Source: Pyrodictium delaneyi
GTDB lineage: Archaea; Thermoproteota; Thermoprotei_A; Sulfolobales; Pyrodictiaceae
Direction of reading: 5' to 3'
DNA length: 32,000 bases
Assembly (NCBI RefSeq): GCF_001412615.1
Contig: NZ_CP013011.1
Location: 1,680,001 to 1,712,000 of the forward strand
Positions 7,573 to 16,595 of this stretch are shown piece by piece. The position numbers and the translations under genes were made by a program. Below the pieces are notes generated by a model that did no database searches, was not told the origin of the DNA, and saw nothing but the letters and a program-made list of their open reading frames with translations. Each line of letters starts with the position of its first letter. Positions within the stretch are counted from its first letter, which is position 1.

Positions 7573-8236
7573 GGGATATAGCCTCCGCGAGGACTGTAGA
7601 GCAGCCCGTATACTTGACTGGCTCCTCTACGAGGCGCGTCTCGAAGGAAGATATAGGAGTATCTGCGAAGTCTGCAACATTATTCGTGACACTCATGTAT
7701 GTATTGCAGGGGGCTCGGAGAGCCTCGAGAAGCGGATAAGACTACTACATGAGTGTGAAAGAGTAATAGCCGTGGATGGTGCTGTAGCTCTACTATCAAG
7801 CTATGGAGTGAGACCTGACATAATAGTTACAGATCTGGATGGCTCGTGGTTCTACATACTAGAGGCCAGTAGGGCAGGGGCAGTGGTACTAGTGCATGCC
7901 CACGGTGACAACATAGCTGCGCTTCGCGCGGTTGTGCCCAGGATAGAACGTGTAGCTGGCACTGTACAGTGTATGGTGTCAGAATTAGCGTATATGGCCT
8001 CAGGATTTACTGACGGTGATAGGGCGTTTGGTCTAGCAGTGATGTGTGATGCCTCTAAGATATCGCTTTACGGCATGAATACCAGGGAGAGAGTTGGCTG
8101 GTGGTCTAAGCCGTGGTTGAAGAAAAGTATTCCTCCTTGGCCGGAGAAGGTACGTAAACTACACATAGCCGAAGGAATGATGCGGCTATTTACTGCCTAT
8201 GCCCTCAAGAAGGGTATACCAGTGGAGGGCTTGTGA
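7436..8236 (+). CDS. mptE: MptE-like (DUF115) 6-hydroxymethyl-7,8-dihydropterin pyrophosphokinase
   Basis: VCIAGGSESL, VIAVDGA and RPDIIVTDLDG blocks are typical of DUF115/MptE. The conserved N-terminal region (W..., GYSLREDCRAARIL) suggests the real start is the ATG at 7511, or possibly 7571. Confidence 0.6.
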   Translation: MPRGVTMDDPWVFNTASISTYRCSGMKWLLSPLLLGELVDAIRGFMGYSLREDCRAARILDWLLYEARLEGRYRSICEVCNIIRDTHVCIAGGSESLEKRIRLLHECERVIAVDGAVALLSSYGVRPDIIVTDLDGSWFYILEASRAGAVVLVHAHGDNIAALRAVVPRIERVAGTVQCMVSELAYMASGFTDGDRAFGLAVMCDASKISLYGMNTRERVGWWSKPWLKKSIPPWPEKVRKLHIAEGMMRLFTAYALKKGIPVEGL

Positions 8237-8289
8237 TGAAGGAGTATTGTGCTGAGTCAAGTTTAGGTGATGACTCGGTTCTCGGCTGA
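8233..8289 (+). ncRNA. C/D box sRNA (2'-O-methylation guide)
   Basis: GTGATGA (C, 8233-8239), 12 nt, CTGA (D', 8252-8255), 11 nt, GTGATGA (C', 8267-8273), 12 nt, CTGA (D, 8286-8289). Boxes are canonical and both spacers are 12 nt. The C box overlaps the mptE-like stop codon. Confidence 0.75.
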
Positions 8290-8320
8290 AGACACGGAGC
8301 CCTAGCAGCGGTGTTGCTAG

Positions 8321-9280
8321 GTGGCTACATTGGCTAAGCCTACTATTGTCCGTGTTGAGACCGGAGCCCGTATACACTTGGGCTTTTACGGGCTCTGTAG
8401 TGAAGACAAAAGGATACTAGGAGGCCTAGGGTTAGCAGTAGACGGAATCGGTTATGTAGTAGAAGCTGGGATAGCTAGCAGCGATGAAATCGAAGGCTGC
8501 GACAGCGACAGAGCATACAAAGCACTCATAGAAGCAAAGAACAGGCTTGGCTTAAAACACCCAGTCAAAATACGTATAGAGAAATGTATACCAAGTCACG
8601 TGGGATTAGGGTCTACGACTCAGCTCACGCTAGCCCTATACACTGCTATAGCCATACTAAACGGCAAGAGCGTTGACGAGGCCGTAAAAGCAGCCAAGAG
8701 AGGACCGTATTCCGGAATAGGTGTAGGAGCATTCCTCCATGGAGGTTTCATAGTGGATGCAGGTGTAAGCGTAAATGCGGAGGCTAAGATTGCGCGCCCA
8801 GCTCTAAGGACGAAATTTCCCGAAGATTGGCGCGTTGTCGTGATAGTTCCTGAGACAAATTGGCGTATAAGCGAGGGTCAACAAGAGGACACCTTAATGC
8901 GCATACCGCAAGGCGGCATGGAGCTATGCTGCAGAGCCATGTATGCTCTTCTCCGCATGGTTGTACCCGGTATCGTGGAGCATGATTTCTTACTATTTGC
9001 GAAAGGAATCGAAGAGATACAGCGCTTGACTGGGATTTACTTCTCTGTAGCTCAGGGAGGACTGTTTTGTTGCCCTGAGTCCGAAAAGGCTGCTGAGAGT
9101 CTCCAGGAGCTGGGTGCACGGGGTGTAGGCCAGAGTAGTTGGGGGCCATTAGTGTACGGCTTCTTCTCCGATGAGGCCTCAGCTATGGCAGCACTTAGAG
9201 TACTTAGAGATAAACACGGTTATGATAATGTAATGGTTCTGAAGCCGCGCAATAAGGGAGCGGATATAAGCTATGAATAA
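8321..9280 (+). CDS. beta-ribofuranosylaminobenzene 5'-phosphate (beta-RFAP) synthase, GHMP-kinase-like
   Basis: RIHLGFYGL near the N-terminus and the GHMP-type loop PSHVGLGSTTQLTLA. GTG start. Adjacent to the MptE-like gene. Confidence 0.65.
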   Translation: MATLAKPTIVRVETGARIHLGFYGLCSEDKRILGGLGLAVDGIGYVVEAGIASSDEIEGCDSDRAYKALIEAKNRLGLKHPVKIRIEKCIPSHVGLGSTTQLTLALYTAIAILNGKSVDEAVKAAKRGPYSGIGVGAFLHGGFIVDAGVSVNAEAKIARPALRTKFPEDWRVVVIVPETNWRISEGQQEDTLMRIPQGGMELCCRAMYALLRMVVPGIVEHDFLLFAKGIEEIQRLTGIYFSVAQGGLFCCPESEKAAESLQELGARGVGQSSWGPLVYGFFSDEASAMAALRVLRDKHGYDNVMVLKPRNKGADISYE

Positions 9281-9306
9281 TACTACTAAGGATCAATAAA
9301 TAGGCT

Positions 9307-11970
9307 CTAGTCATTGGCTCCGGAGCCTTTTGTCGTGACCAAGCCATCCTCGTTAGTTGAGGCTTCTCGGCTTCTCGATTGGCTCTCCGGCTCATCGCGG
9401 CCCTTCTTGGACTCTTTGGTTTTACGCAGTGTAATCGGCTTGACGAATAGTCTCCCCTTCTCTATGCGTTCTAATAGGATTGAAGACTCTATACCTATAG
9501 CAGACTCCGAGTCTAGTCCATAGTATATTTTGAGAACCTTTCTAGCGATGTCTTTAAGCGCTACCATTATGCTGTGGGGTCGTGTGCGTAGTTCTTCTGC
9601 TACAGCTTCCCAGCTCCTTCCCTGTAGCACTTTAGCCACTGCTATGTACTCCTCACGCTTAGATAGACTGAGTCCTTTAGTCTTGGGGTACATGAGCCAA
9701 TAGGCTTTCACAACCTCGTGTATGACGTCAGCGACAGCCTCGTATGTCATAGGACCGTACGCGTATATCCAGAGACGGTCTACTTGTATTGGTGTGAGTC
9801 TTGGATAGTAGTCCTCAAACACTGGTTCACCGCTCTTCAGAATCTGTATTGCTACGTCTGTTTCTAGATCACGGTATGGGTCGTGAAGACTTTCGAGTAC
9901 TTTTCTCCGAAACTCCTTATTTGCTATAGCTACTAGCTTCTTCATAGTCTCCTTGATGGGGTTTAGAACGAGTATTGTGTACTCGCCGCTGACGGGGTTT
10001 CTGTCTGGGGACATATGTACTGGTAGAAATCCGTTCTTAAGCCAGAACCTTAGGAGTTGCTCGTTAACGCCGAATCCACTTCCGACCCAATCGAGCCCCT
10101 CCTCCTCAGCTTCTTTCCAGACATGCTCTAGCGCGAATGAGCCTATGCCCTTGCCCTGAACGTTGGGGTGGGTTGCTATACGTACTATACGCCAGCCCCT
10201 TGCTCTACCAAACTCTCTAACACGTAGATGTTTAAGCATGCGATCGGGTATAATGTTGCCAGGCGTCTTACCACCACGTAGGAGTTCCTCAATCATCTCG
10301 TCGTCTAGGCCACCCTCGTTAGCTATCTGGAGGGCACAAACAATCTTCCCCGAGGGTAGTCGTACACCTCTCACAATATGATGCGGAGCATCTGCTAGTA
10401 TTGCTAGGTCGTCTGGCTCGTTCCGATAGTGGGCTAGAACGTATATTCCGAAAAGCTGGCGAAGGGTCTCTTCTCCCTCTGGGCTGAAGAGCCAGTATGG
10501 ATCGAACTTGACGTACTCTAGCTTGCCTTGCTTTATATCTTCTATATCTTTCTCGTCAAGGTCTGCTGGTTCTGCATCTAACAGTAGTGCGTCGAAAAGC
10601 CACTTCTCTATAGGGTCGTCTTGCGCATAGCGTATTGGTTCATGCATCTCTATTAGTATCAGTTCGGTCTTTGGATCGTTTTTGAGCAATGGTAGGAACC
10701 GTACGGAGAAGCCACGCCCGGCACCCTCGTAGCCGTGTATCGTTGTGGCGAATATCATTCGGCTGTGGCTACGCCATATACGGTGTAGTAGGGGTACATG
10801 CATTCCAGCGGCTTCATCGACTATTACTATGTCCGCCTTAAGCTTTGGTACGTGTATCGGCTCCCAGTACTCGATGCTGAAGCCCTCTCCGTGCAGCTCT
10901 AGTATGCGTTCACCGCGTTTGACTATACGGGTTTTTATCTCAAGTTTTTCAGCGGCCTTAAGTGCTAACGAGAAGAAGGACTGGACATTTGCCAGGTTTG
11001 GTGCTGTGACTACTATTCGTACTCTCCTCCGTTCACGGCGCAGCCTTAGTGCTAGGCCTATTGACGCTATTCCTACGGCTCCGGACTTTCCTCTGCCTCG
11101 GTCTGACGTGATTACTATGGCTTTCTTCTTTTTCTTAGCCTTCTCTAAGAGTGATTCAATGGTTTTAATGACATTTACCTGGTCTTGAGTAAGAGCTAGC
11201 TCGTAGAGTTCGCGTGGGAAGAGTGTCTTTTCTGGGATCTCTATTTTACTTTCTGTGGAACGGCGGAGGGGGTAGTCGTCAGCCTTTATGGTATCGCCCT
11301 CGTCTACATCATATATATAAATTCCATCATGTTCTATTAGTTTGCGCTTAAACCATCTTATGAATACGTGTCGCGGTTCTCTATAGCCCGGCACTACGAG
11401 ATTTTGCTTAAATATAGTCATCCATTTATCCCATTTGATCCAAGGTGGTACCATGAATATGATTAGGCCGCTGCCTTCCACTATGCCGACAAGTCTGCCA
11501 ACGTCATTAGGTTTCAGATCGTTAACAAGATCCATGACTAATAGCTTGAATGTTGTGCCGAGGAACCGGTCGCTTTCTTCATACCTAGCTATCGTTGGAG
11601 TTATCATGTTTGCTCTAGACTTTACGGTTCTCTTAACTATCTCTTTGCGTATCTTCGCATCCTTAAACTCGTCGTGAAATACGTATAGTAGTGGTAGCTC
11701 TTCCTTACCCTTTACCCTGCGATATACGCGTTCATAGAATAGTAGTGCTCTAGCAGCGGCAGCGCCTACCTTTACGGGGTCACTGCCTGTTATGACAAGC
11801 AATCGTCTATGCCTAGATACTATTGCACGCTCTATACCCTTGCTGAGCTTCCTTAGCAACTTGCTAAAGTTGGATGGTATATATTCTTTCAAGTTCTCTG
11901 CAACGCGTCTACCGATGTCCTCAATATCCTTCTTAGTAAGCTCCTCGTAGTCCACATCGATGTTGCTCAA
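9307..11970 (-). CDS. tmcA: tRNA cytidine N4-acetyltransferase (TmcA / archaeal Nat10 homolog)
   Basis: 887 aa. Helicase-type Walker A (DRGRGKSGAVG), Walker B-like IVDEAAG and a GNAT block (RIATHPNVQGKGIGS). Has a hydrophilic ~45-aa C-terminal tail. Confidence 0.85.
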   Translation of the reverse strand: MSNIDVDYEELTKKDIEDIGRRVAENLKEYIPSNFSKLLRKLSKGIERAIVSRHRRLLVITGSDPVKVGAAAARALLFYERVYRRVKGKEELPLLYVFHDEFKDAKIRKEIVKRTVKSRANMITPTIARYEESDRFLGTTFKLLVMDLVNDLKPNDVGRLVGIVEGSGLIIFMVPPWIKWDKWMTIFKQNLVVPGYREPRHVFIRWFKRKLIEHDGIYIYDVDEGDTIKADDYPLRRSTESKIEIPEKTLFPRELYELALTQDQVNVIKTIESLLEKAKKKKKAIVITSDRGRGKSGAVGIASIGLALRLRRERRRVRIVVTAPNLANVQSFFSLALKAAEKLEIKTRIVKRGERILELHGEGFSIEYWEPIHVPKLKADIVIVDEAAGMHVPLLHRIWRSHSRMIFATTIHGYEGAGRGFSVRFLPLLKNDPKTELILIEMHEPIRYAQDDPIEKWLFDALLLDAEPADLDEKDIEDIKQGKLEYVKFDPYWLFSPEGEETLRQLFGIYVLAHYRNEPDDLAILADAPHHIVRGVRLPSGKIVCALQIANEGGLDDEMIEELLRGGKTPGNIIPDRMLKHLRVREFGRARGWRIVRIATHPNVQGKGIGSFALEHVWKEAEEEGLDWVGSGFGVNEQLLRFWLKNGFLPVHMSPDRNPVSGEYTILVLNPIKETMKKLVAIANKEFRRKVLESLHDPYRDLETDVAIQILKSGEPVFEDYYPRLTPIQVDRLWIYAYGPMTYEAVADVIHEVVKAYWLMYPKTKGLSLSKREEYIAVAKVLQGRSWEAVAEELRTRPHSIMVALKDIARKVLKIYYGLDSESAIGIESSILLERIEKGRLFVKPITLRKTKESKKGRDEPESQSRSREASTNEDGLVTTKGSGAND

Positions 11971-12105
11971 TATCCTTCTTCCCCACTAGGCTAGTCAGTT
12001 AATGAGAGAGGGTTATGTAGCTGGGTGTTTCCTCGTAAAATAGTCACCATAACTAGTGAGTCAAAGTTAATACCGAAGGTCACTAAGCCTATTGAGCCCA
12101 AATAC

Positions 12106-13398
12106 TTACTTAAACTCTACATTGCTTAGTTCATCTAGACTTACTATATCCTGTCTTCGCTGCAATAGATCGCGTAGAACAACTTTCTCTTCTGCAGCCT
12201 CTTTTCTCCCTATTATAACAGCATAACGATAACCTTGTTTGGCTAACTTTGGTAGTATCTTCTGTAGCTTTGGGCTAACATACATTGATGTTGTTACTGT
12301 ACTCTTTGCAGCGAGTATATCCTGCACTCTAGCTGCGTATCCTGCAAGCGCTTCATCAAGAACTATTATAGCTATAGGGACTTTATCTTCGTAAACTAGC
12401 TTAGGTGACAATCCTAGCTCTTGTATCGCTGCTAGTGTTCTGTCAAGGCCTATAGCAAACCCGGTCCCTGGCACCTTTTCCCCGCCATAGAGTTCAATTA
12501 GGTTATCATAGCGGCCGCCACCTGCTATGCTTACAGGGAAACCGGGAACCTTGACTTCGAATATTGTACCGGTATAGTATGCTAAGCCGCGTGCAAACGC
12601 TAAGTCTACATCGAGTCTTAGCTGGTTATTGTACTCTCTGAGCATCTTGATTAGCTTATTGAACTCTTCCAGTATGCCTGCCGCCTCCTCCGAAGCTTTT
12701 GCTACAATCTTCTTCGCTTCCTCGATATTGTTTCTAGCTCTGCTCCATAACTGCTCTAGCAGGTCGGCAAGCTCTGGACTGTCGGTCTCGAGTAGAACAT
12801 TTATGGCCTCGTTGTAGAGATCCTTATCCATAAGGTGGAGTATGTGGTCCTGGATATCCTCGCTTATATTGTACTTTGAGAAGAGGTGACGGTAGAGCTT
12901 TGTAGTACCTATCTTTAAGACTATATGGTCAAGCATTTCTATGCGTTCATAGAACTTTACCAAGATTCTTATGACTTCAAAGTCTCCTAGGATCGATGGC
13001 TCGCCTAGAAGCTCAATGCCGGCTTGCCAGAACTCTCTATATCTCGCCTTCTGTGGCTCTTCATACCTGAAACAGTTGACAACATAATATAGCCTTAGTG
13101 GTTTCGGCTCGCCTCGTAGATGTTTGAGGTATATTCTTGCAATGCTTGCAGTGGCCTCTGGTCTTAGTGCAACTTCTCTTCCGGCTTTATCCTTGAATAC
13201 ATACATGGAGCGCCTTATCTCCTCGCCAGACTTTACAGCGAATAGCTGGAATCTCTCGAGTGTTGGCGGCTTAACTTCCCTATAACCATATGCCTCAGCT
13301 ACTTCCGTAAAGATCTCTGCAAGCCTCGATAACGCTCTCGACTCGGGCGGAAGAATGTCCCTAAATCCTCGAAGAGGCTCTAGGACTATCTGCGTCAA
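12106..13398 (-). CDS. hisS: Histidyl-tRNA synthetase
   Basis: LRPEATASIAR, FRYEEPQKARYREFWQ and GGGRYD motifs. TTG start overlapping the upstream stop (TTGA). Confidence 0.85.
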   Translation of the reverse strand: MTQIVLEPLRGFRDILPPESRALSRLAEIFTEVAEAYGYREVKPPTLERFQLFAVKSGEEIRRSMYVFKDKAGREVALRPEATASIARIYLKHLRGEPKPLRLYYVVNCFRYEEPQKARYREFWQAGIELLGEPSILGDFEVIRILVKFYERIEMLDHIVLKIGTTKLYRHLFSKYNISEDIQDHILHLMDKDLYNEAINVLLETDSPELADLLEQLWSRARNNIEEAKKIVAKASEEAAGILEEFNKLIKMLREYNNQLRLDVDLAFARGLAYYTGTIFEVKVPGFPVSIAGGGRYDNLIELYGGEKVPGTGFAIGLDRTLAAIQELGLSPKLVYEDKVPIAIIVLDEALAGYAARVQDILAAKSTVTTSMYVSPKLQKILPKLAKQGYRYAVIIGRKEAAEEKVVLRDLLQRRQDIVSLDELSNVEFK

Positions 13399-13934
13399 GG
13401 CTCTGTACCACCCTCTCTTGGTAGCCTTGTTAAACCCGGTCTGAAGATTGAAGCTGTATAATATGTTATGTCACCGTATCGGTCAACTATGGCCAAAAGC
13501 GGTTCCCAGCCGTTCTTTGCTGCCTCCTCCACGAAGGAGTATAGTGTTACAAGCTTTACAGGTCTATTCTCTTCAAGTACCAGTATGTAATGTGTATACT
13601 TTGGTTCTCTCTTTCTACGTCTTAGTAGAATGGAATGAGGCCTTGGCCCAGGAACTGGAAGCCTACCACGCTTTCGTAGGTCAAGGTATACCTCAAACTC
13701 AACCCAGGCATAGGGGTTTAGCCGGCTGTATTTTTTAATCAAGTCTTCAAACGTGTAATTCTTGCCATCGTGGCCTATGACTGTAGCTACGCCGTTGTAC
13801 AGCAGGTATAGAGCCTCGAGAGGATGAAGCCTATGTATACTTGCATATGGTAAATGTTTCAGCGCTTCATCTATGCCTTTTACTATCACAAGTTCCAAGG
13901 TCTTTTCGTCAACTATCTTCAACTCTATTGTCAA
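13395..13934 (-). CDS. endA: tRNA-splicing endonuclease subunit (EndA family; catalytic versus structural subunit unresolved)
   Basis: 179 aa. VYLDLRKRG..., THYILVL and the C-terminal LLAIVDRYGDITYY arrangement match the EndA fold signature. The position aligned to the catalytic Tyr appears substituted. Confidence 0.6.
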   Translation of the reverse strand: MTIELKIVDEKTLELVIVKGIDEALKHLPYASIHRLHPLEALYLLYNGVATVIGHDGKNYTFEDLIKKYSRLNPYAWVEFEVYLDLRKRGRLPVPGPRPHSILLRRRKREPKYTHYILVLEENRPVKLVTLYSFVEEAAKNGWEPLLAIVDRYGDITYYTASIFRPGLTRLPREGGTEP

Positions 13935-14078
13935 CTTGTTCCCCCGGGTTTCGCGTCGTAACCGTATACTGTGGTATATCCCCCGTTGGCTCTACCAGAA
14001 TAGCGGTTGGAAAAAGCTTGTACAACAATGATGCGTGAAGATTAGCTCTGCCAAGCTTTAAAGGGCTCTTCATGATGT

Positions 14079-15191
14079 TTGCATATTCAACCTGGCTGGT
14101 ATATCATGGAGCTTCTAGAGAAGCTGAAGATAAAGCCTATTGAATGGATTGAAGATGATAGCGAAGGGCCTAAGCTTCGTTGGCTTGATACACGTCTCCT
14201 ACCATGGGAGGAGGTTTATAGAGAGACGCGCGACTACAGGAGGGTTGCTGTGGCCATAAAGTCCATGGAGATCAGGGGTGCGCCGGCTATAGGTGTGGCA
14301 GCAGCTTATGGTCTTGCACTCGCAGCCGTATATTCAAACTCTAAAAGCTCCGAGGAGCTATGGAACAAGCTACAAGAAGCCAGAGAAGTACTCGCAACAA
14401 CTAGACCCACAGCGTATAACCTGTTCTGGGCCTTGAATAGGGTCATGAATAAGGCTAGGGAGCAATTAGAGCGGGGCAGTGATGTAGATGATATTATAAG
14501 AACTGTGGTGGATGAGGCAAAAAAGATACATATAGAGGATGTCAAAACCAATATAGAGCTTGGCCGCATAGGAGCTAAGCTAATAGACGATGGCGACACT
14601 ATTCTTACTCACTGCAATGCTGGTGCCTTGGCAACAGCTGCTTACGGTACTGCTGAGGGTATAATGAGAGCTGCAATAGAGGAAGGTAAACGTATAAAGG
14701 TCATAGCCACTGAGACGCGTCCTCTTCTTCAGGGTGCAAGACTCACGGTATGGGAGCTAAAGAAAGAGGGTATCGAGGTCAAGCTCATAACGGATAACAT
14801 GGTTGGGTATGTGATGTACAAAGGTCTCGTAGACAAGGTGATTGTAGGCGCTGATAGAATAACTGCGGATGGCTATGTAGCGAACAAGATAGGGACTTAC
14901 ATGATAGCAGTCCTCGCATATAGGCATAAGGTTCCATTCTATGTGGCTGCCCCGACATCAACGTTTGACATGAGTATAGAGGGCGATAATATCCCTATAG
15001 AGGAGCGTGATCCGGATGAAGTTAGAACTATCCTAGGAAAGTTACTCATAACTGTAAAGGACGTGGACGTGTACAATCCGGCATTTGACATAACTCCGCC
15101 GGAGCTAGTTACAGCAATAATAACTGAAAAGGGTATAATAACTCCACCGTATCGGGAGGCAATTGCTCGTATTGTGAAAGGAAAACGATAG
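14079..15191 (+). CDS. mtnA: Methylthioribose-1-phosphate isomerase / aIF-2B-I family
   Basis: IRGAPAIGVAAAYG, THCNAGALAT and VGADRITADGYVANKIGTY. The likely start is ATG at 14106 (MELLEKL...). Confidence 0.75.
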   Translation: MHIQPGWYIMELLEKLKIKPIEWIEDDSEGPKLRWLDTRLLPWEEVYRETRDYRRVAVAIKSMEIRGAPAIGVAAAYGLALAAVYSNSKSSEELWNKLQEAREVLATTRPTAYNLFWALNRVMNKAREQLERGSDVDDIIRTVVDEAKKIHIEDVKTNIELGRIGAKLIDDGDTILTHCNAGALATAAYGTAEGIMRAAIEEGKRIKVIATETRPLLQGARLTVWELKKEGIEVKLITDNMVGYVMYKGLVDKVIVGADRITADGYVANKIGTYMIAVLAYRHKVPFYVAAPTSTFDMSIEGDNIPIEERDPDEVRTILGKLLITVKDVDVYNPAFDITPPELVTAIITEKGIITPPYREAIARIVKGKR

Positions 15192-15208
15192 AGATGAGTA
15201 ATAGGGTA

Positions 15209-15213
15209 TTTTT
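15209..15213 (+). terminator. Oligo-T tract downstream of mtnA-like stop
   Basis: A TTTTT run 18-22 nt after the stop at 15189-15191. Archaeal termination typically occurs at oligo-T. Confidence 0.3.
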
Positions 15214-15243
15214 CTATCTAACCGCGTACTAGGTTACGGTTCT

Positions 15244-16575
15244 CTACAATAGTAGCATTATGATACTCGTGCCAACTACTATTAGTGGAGCTGCAATATT
15301 ATATGCTAAAGAACCCCATACGGCATAAGTTATTGCGAAACTGGCGCCTACACCAGTCACAGCTATGGACTTGACTGCAAGCCCCTTGTTTATTGTGATG
15401 AAGAAAGTAGAGCCTAGAGGCGAGGTAGCAATCGAGCTAGTAGAGTTGAATACGTGTGTGGCATAAGCTATGGATACAGTTATAGTTACCATTATCGCAG
15501 GCAACAAAATCATTATAGCTATAGCTTTGTTAAAGAGTATTCTCATGTTCAGGCTTATCGACTCTAGAATGGTATTGGCTATCCTGGCAACCTTTGAAGC
15601 ATTACTACCACTTCTAACAATAGCAGATATAGTCTTTGAAAGCAAGTAGACAAGATGCCATTTCTCGATATTGCCTGGTGCTGCTCTACCCGTCCTTAAT
15701 GCATATATGAGTGGCCTCTCGGGGCCTTCGCCGTGTTTGATTATAGAAACTACTATGTCTATATTTGTCAAACGAAGCGCTAGGGCATCCGTTATGACGC
15801 GTACAGTATATGTTAGCCTAGATAGTCGGGCAATAATGCTTTTCATAACAGCTATATTATATATGTATAACGGTATTGTTAATGTAGATAATGCAACGGC
15901 ATACAAGTACTTATCAATTAGTAATAATATCAGTGACGTTATTACGGTTAGCGAAGACAGTAAATCCAGTAATATAGACTTGTCTTGTGGCATTAGTACT
16001 GAGAGTACTCTAATCCGTGTAGAAACTGCAATCGCAAAGGAGAAGCCAATAACTACCAGTGATGCTATATATGATGCAACGTAGTTTGCAGACAATGATG
16101 ATGAAAGTATAACAGTCATAAGTACGACCACTGTGGCTGTAGCTATAAGCTCTATACCATGCATAAGCGCTTCGAGCTTATCCCTAAGCTTCTGTTCGAA
16201 CACCTCCGCAGAGATAACGGCCATTTGATAAAGGGTTTCAAGGGGACTTCCTCTAAGCACATAAGATGCTATATATGACCTTATGAGTCTCGAAAACGTT
16301 ACACTTGAGACAGTATCAGCTGTCCTCTCTAGCGCAAATATGCTGTTCCCATATTTCTTAACAAACCTAATATATATCTTAGAGATTTTACTAATTTCTC
16401 TGAACAATTTTTGAAGATTAATATCATTAGATATATCATTGAAAACCTCGTGAGGAGCCTTACTACCGCCAGCATACGATAGAGAGTAGAGCATTAACAA
16501 GGGTAGCTCGGCTATAAGCCTGTCTTCGTCTATCTTAATATTTTTGGAATAAAAGTAACCATTTACTTTGAGCAT
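15244..16575 (-). CDS. Polytopic membrane platform protein of a type IV pilus-like system (FlaJ/TadC-like)
   Basis: ELPLLMLYSLSYAGGSKAPHEVFNDIS resembles the T2SSF-type cytoplasmic domain. Multiple long hydrophobic segments. AGGAGG sits 8 nt upstream of the ATG and the gene lies 20 nt after the ATPase gene. Confidence 0.6.
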   Translation of the reverse strand: MLKVNGYFYSKNIKIDEDRLIAELPLLMLYSLSYAGGSKAPHEVFNDISNDINLQKLFREISKISKIYIRFVKKYGNSIFALERTADTVSSVTFSRLIRSYIASYVLRGSPLETLYQMAVISAEVFEQKLRDKLEALMHGIELIATATVVVLMTVILSSSLSANYVASYIASLVVIGFSFAIAVSTRIRVLSVLMPQDKSILLDLLSSLTVITSLILLLIDKYLYAVALSTLTIPLYIYNIAVMKSIIARLSRLTYTVRVITDALALRLTNIDIVVSIIKHGEGPERPLIYALRTGRAAPGNIEKWHLVYLLSKTISAIVRSGSNASKVARIANTILESISLNMRILFNKAIAIMILLPAIMVTITVSIAYATHVFNSTSSIATSPLGSTFFITINKGLAVKSIAVTGVGASFAITYAVWGSLAYNIAAPLIVVGTSIIMLLL

Positions 16576-16595
16576 AACTAATCCTCCTAATCCAG

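Noticed and set aside
10745-11188. Long antisense 'shadow' ORFs inside real genes. Examples are 10745-11188, 15671-16084, 27921-28361, 8784-9149, 29217-29564, 20186-20536, 18761-19066 and 5739-5990.
   Set aside because: Each lies entirely opposite a gene with strong family motifs (TmcA, pilus platform, ThrRS, RFAP synthase, RadA, Top6, NurA-like). Their translations are Ser/Leu/Arg/Cys-rich with no motifs, which is typical of frame-shadow ORFs.
11991-12056. Minus-strand C/D-like candidate downstream of hisS (ATGGTGA ... 45 nt ... CTGA, flanked by CTAG/CTAG)
   Set aside because: There is no recognisable C' box and only a doubtful D' (AGGA). The C box is non-canonical and the flanking 'stem' is just the self-complementary CTAG. 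This is too weak to call.
14013-14059. 8-bp inverted repeat AAAGCTTG/CAAGCTTT enclosing ATGATGC and GTGAAGA, considered as a K-turn/C-D RNA
   Set aside because: No CTGA D box lies on either strand within reach, and the boxes are not adjacent to the stem. It sits in the endA / mtnA divergent promoter region and may be a protein-binding palindrome or chance.
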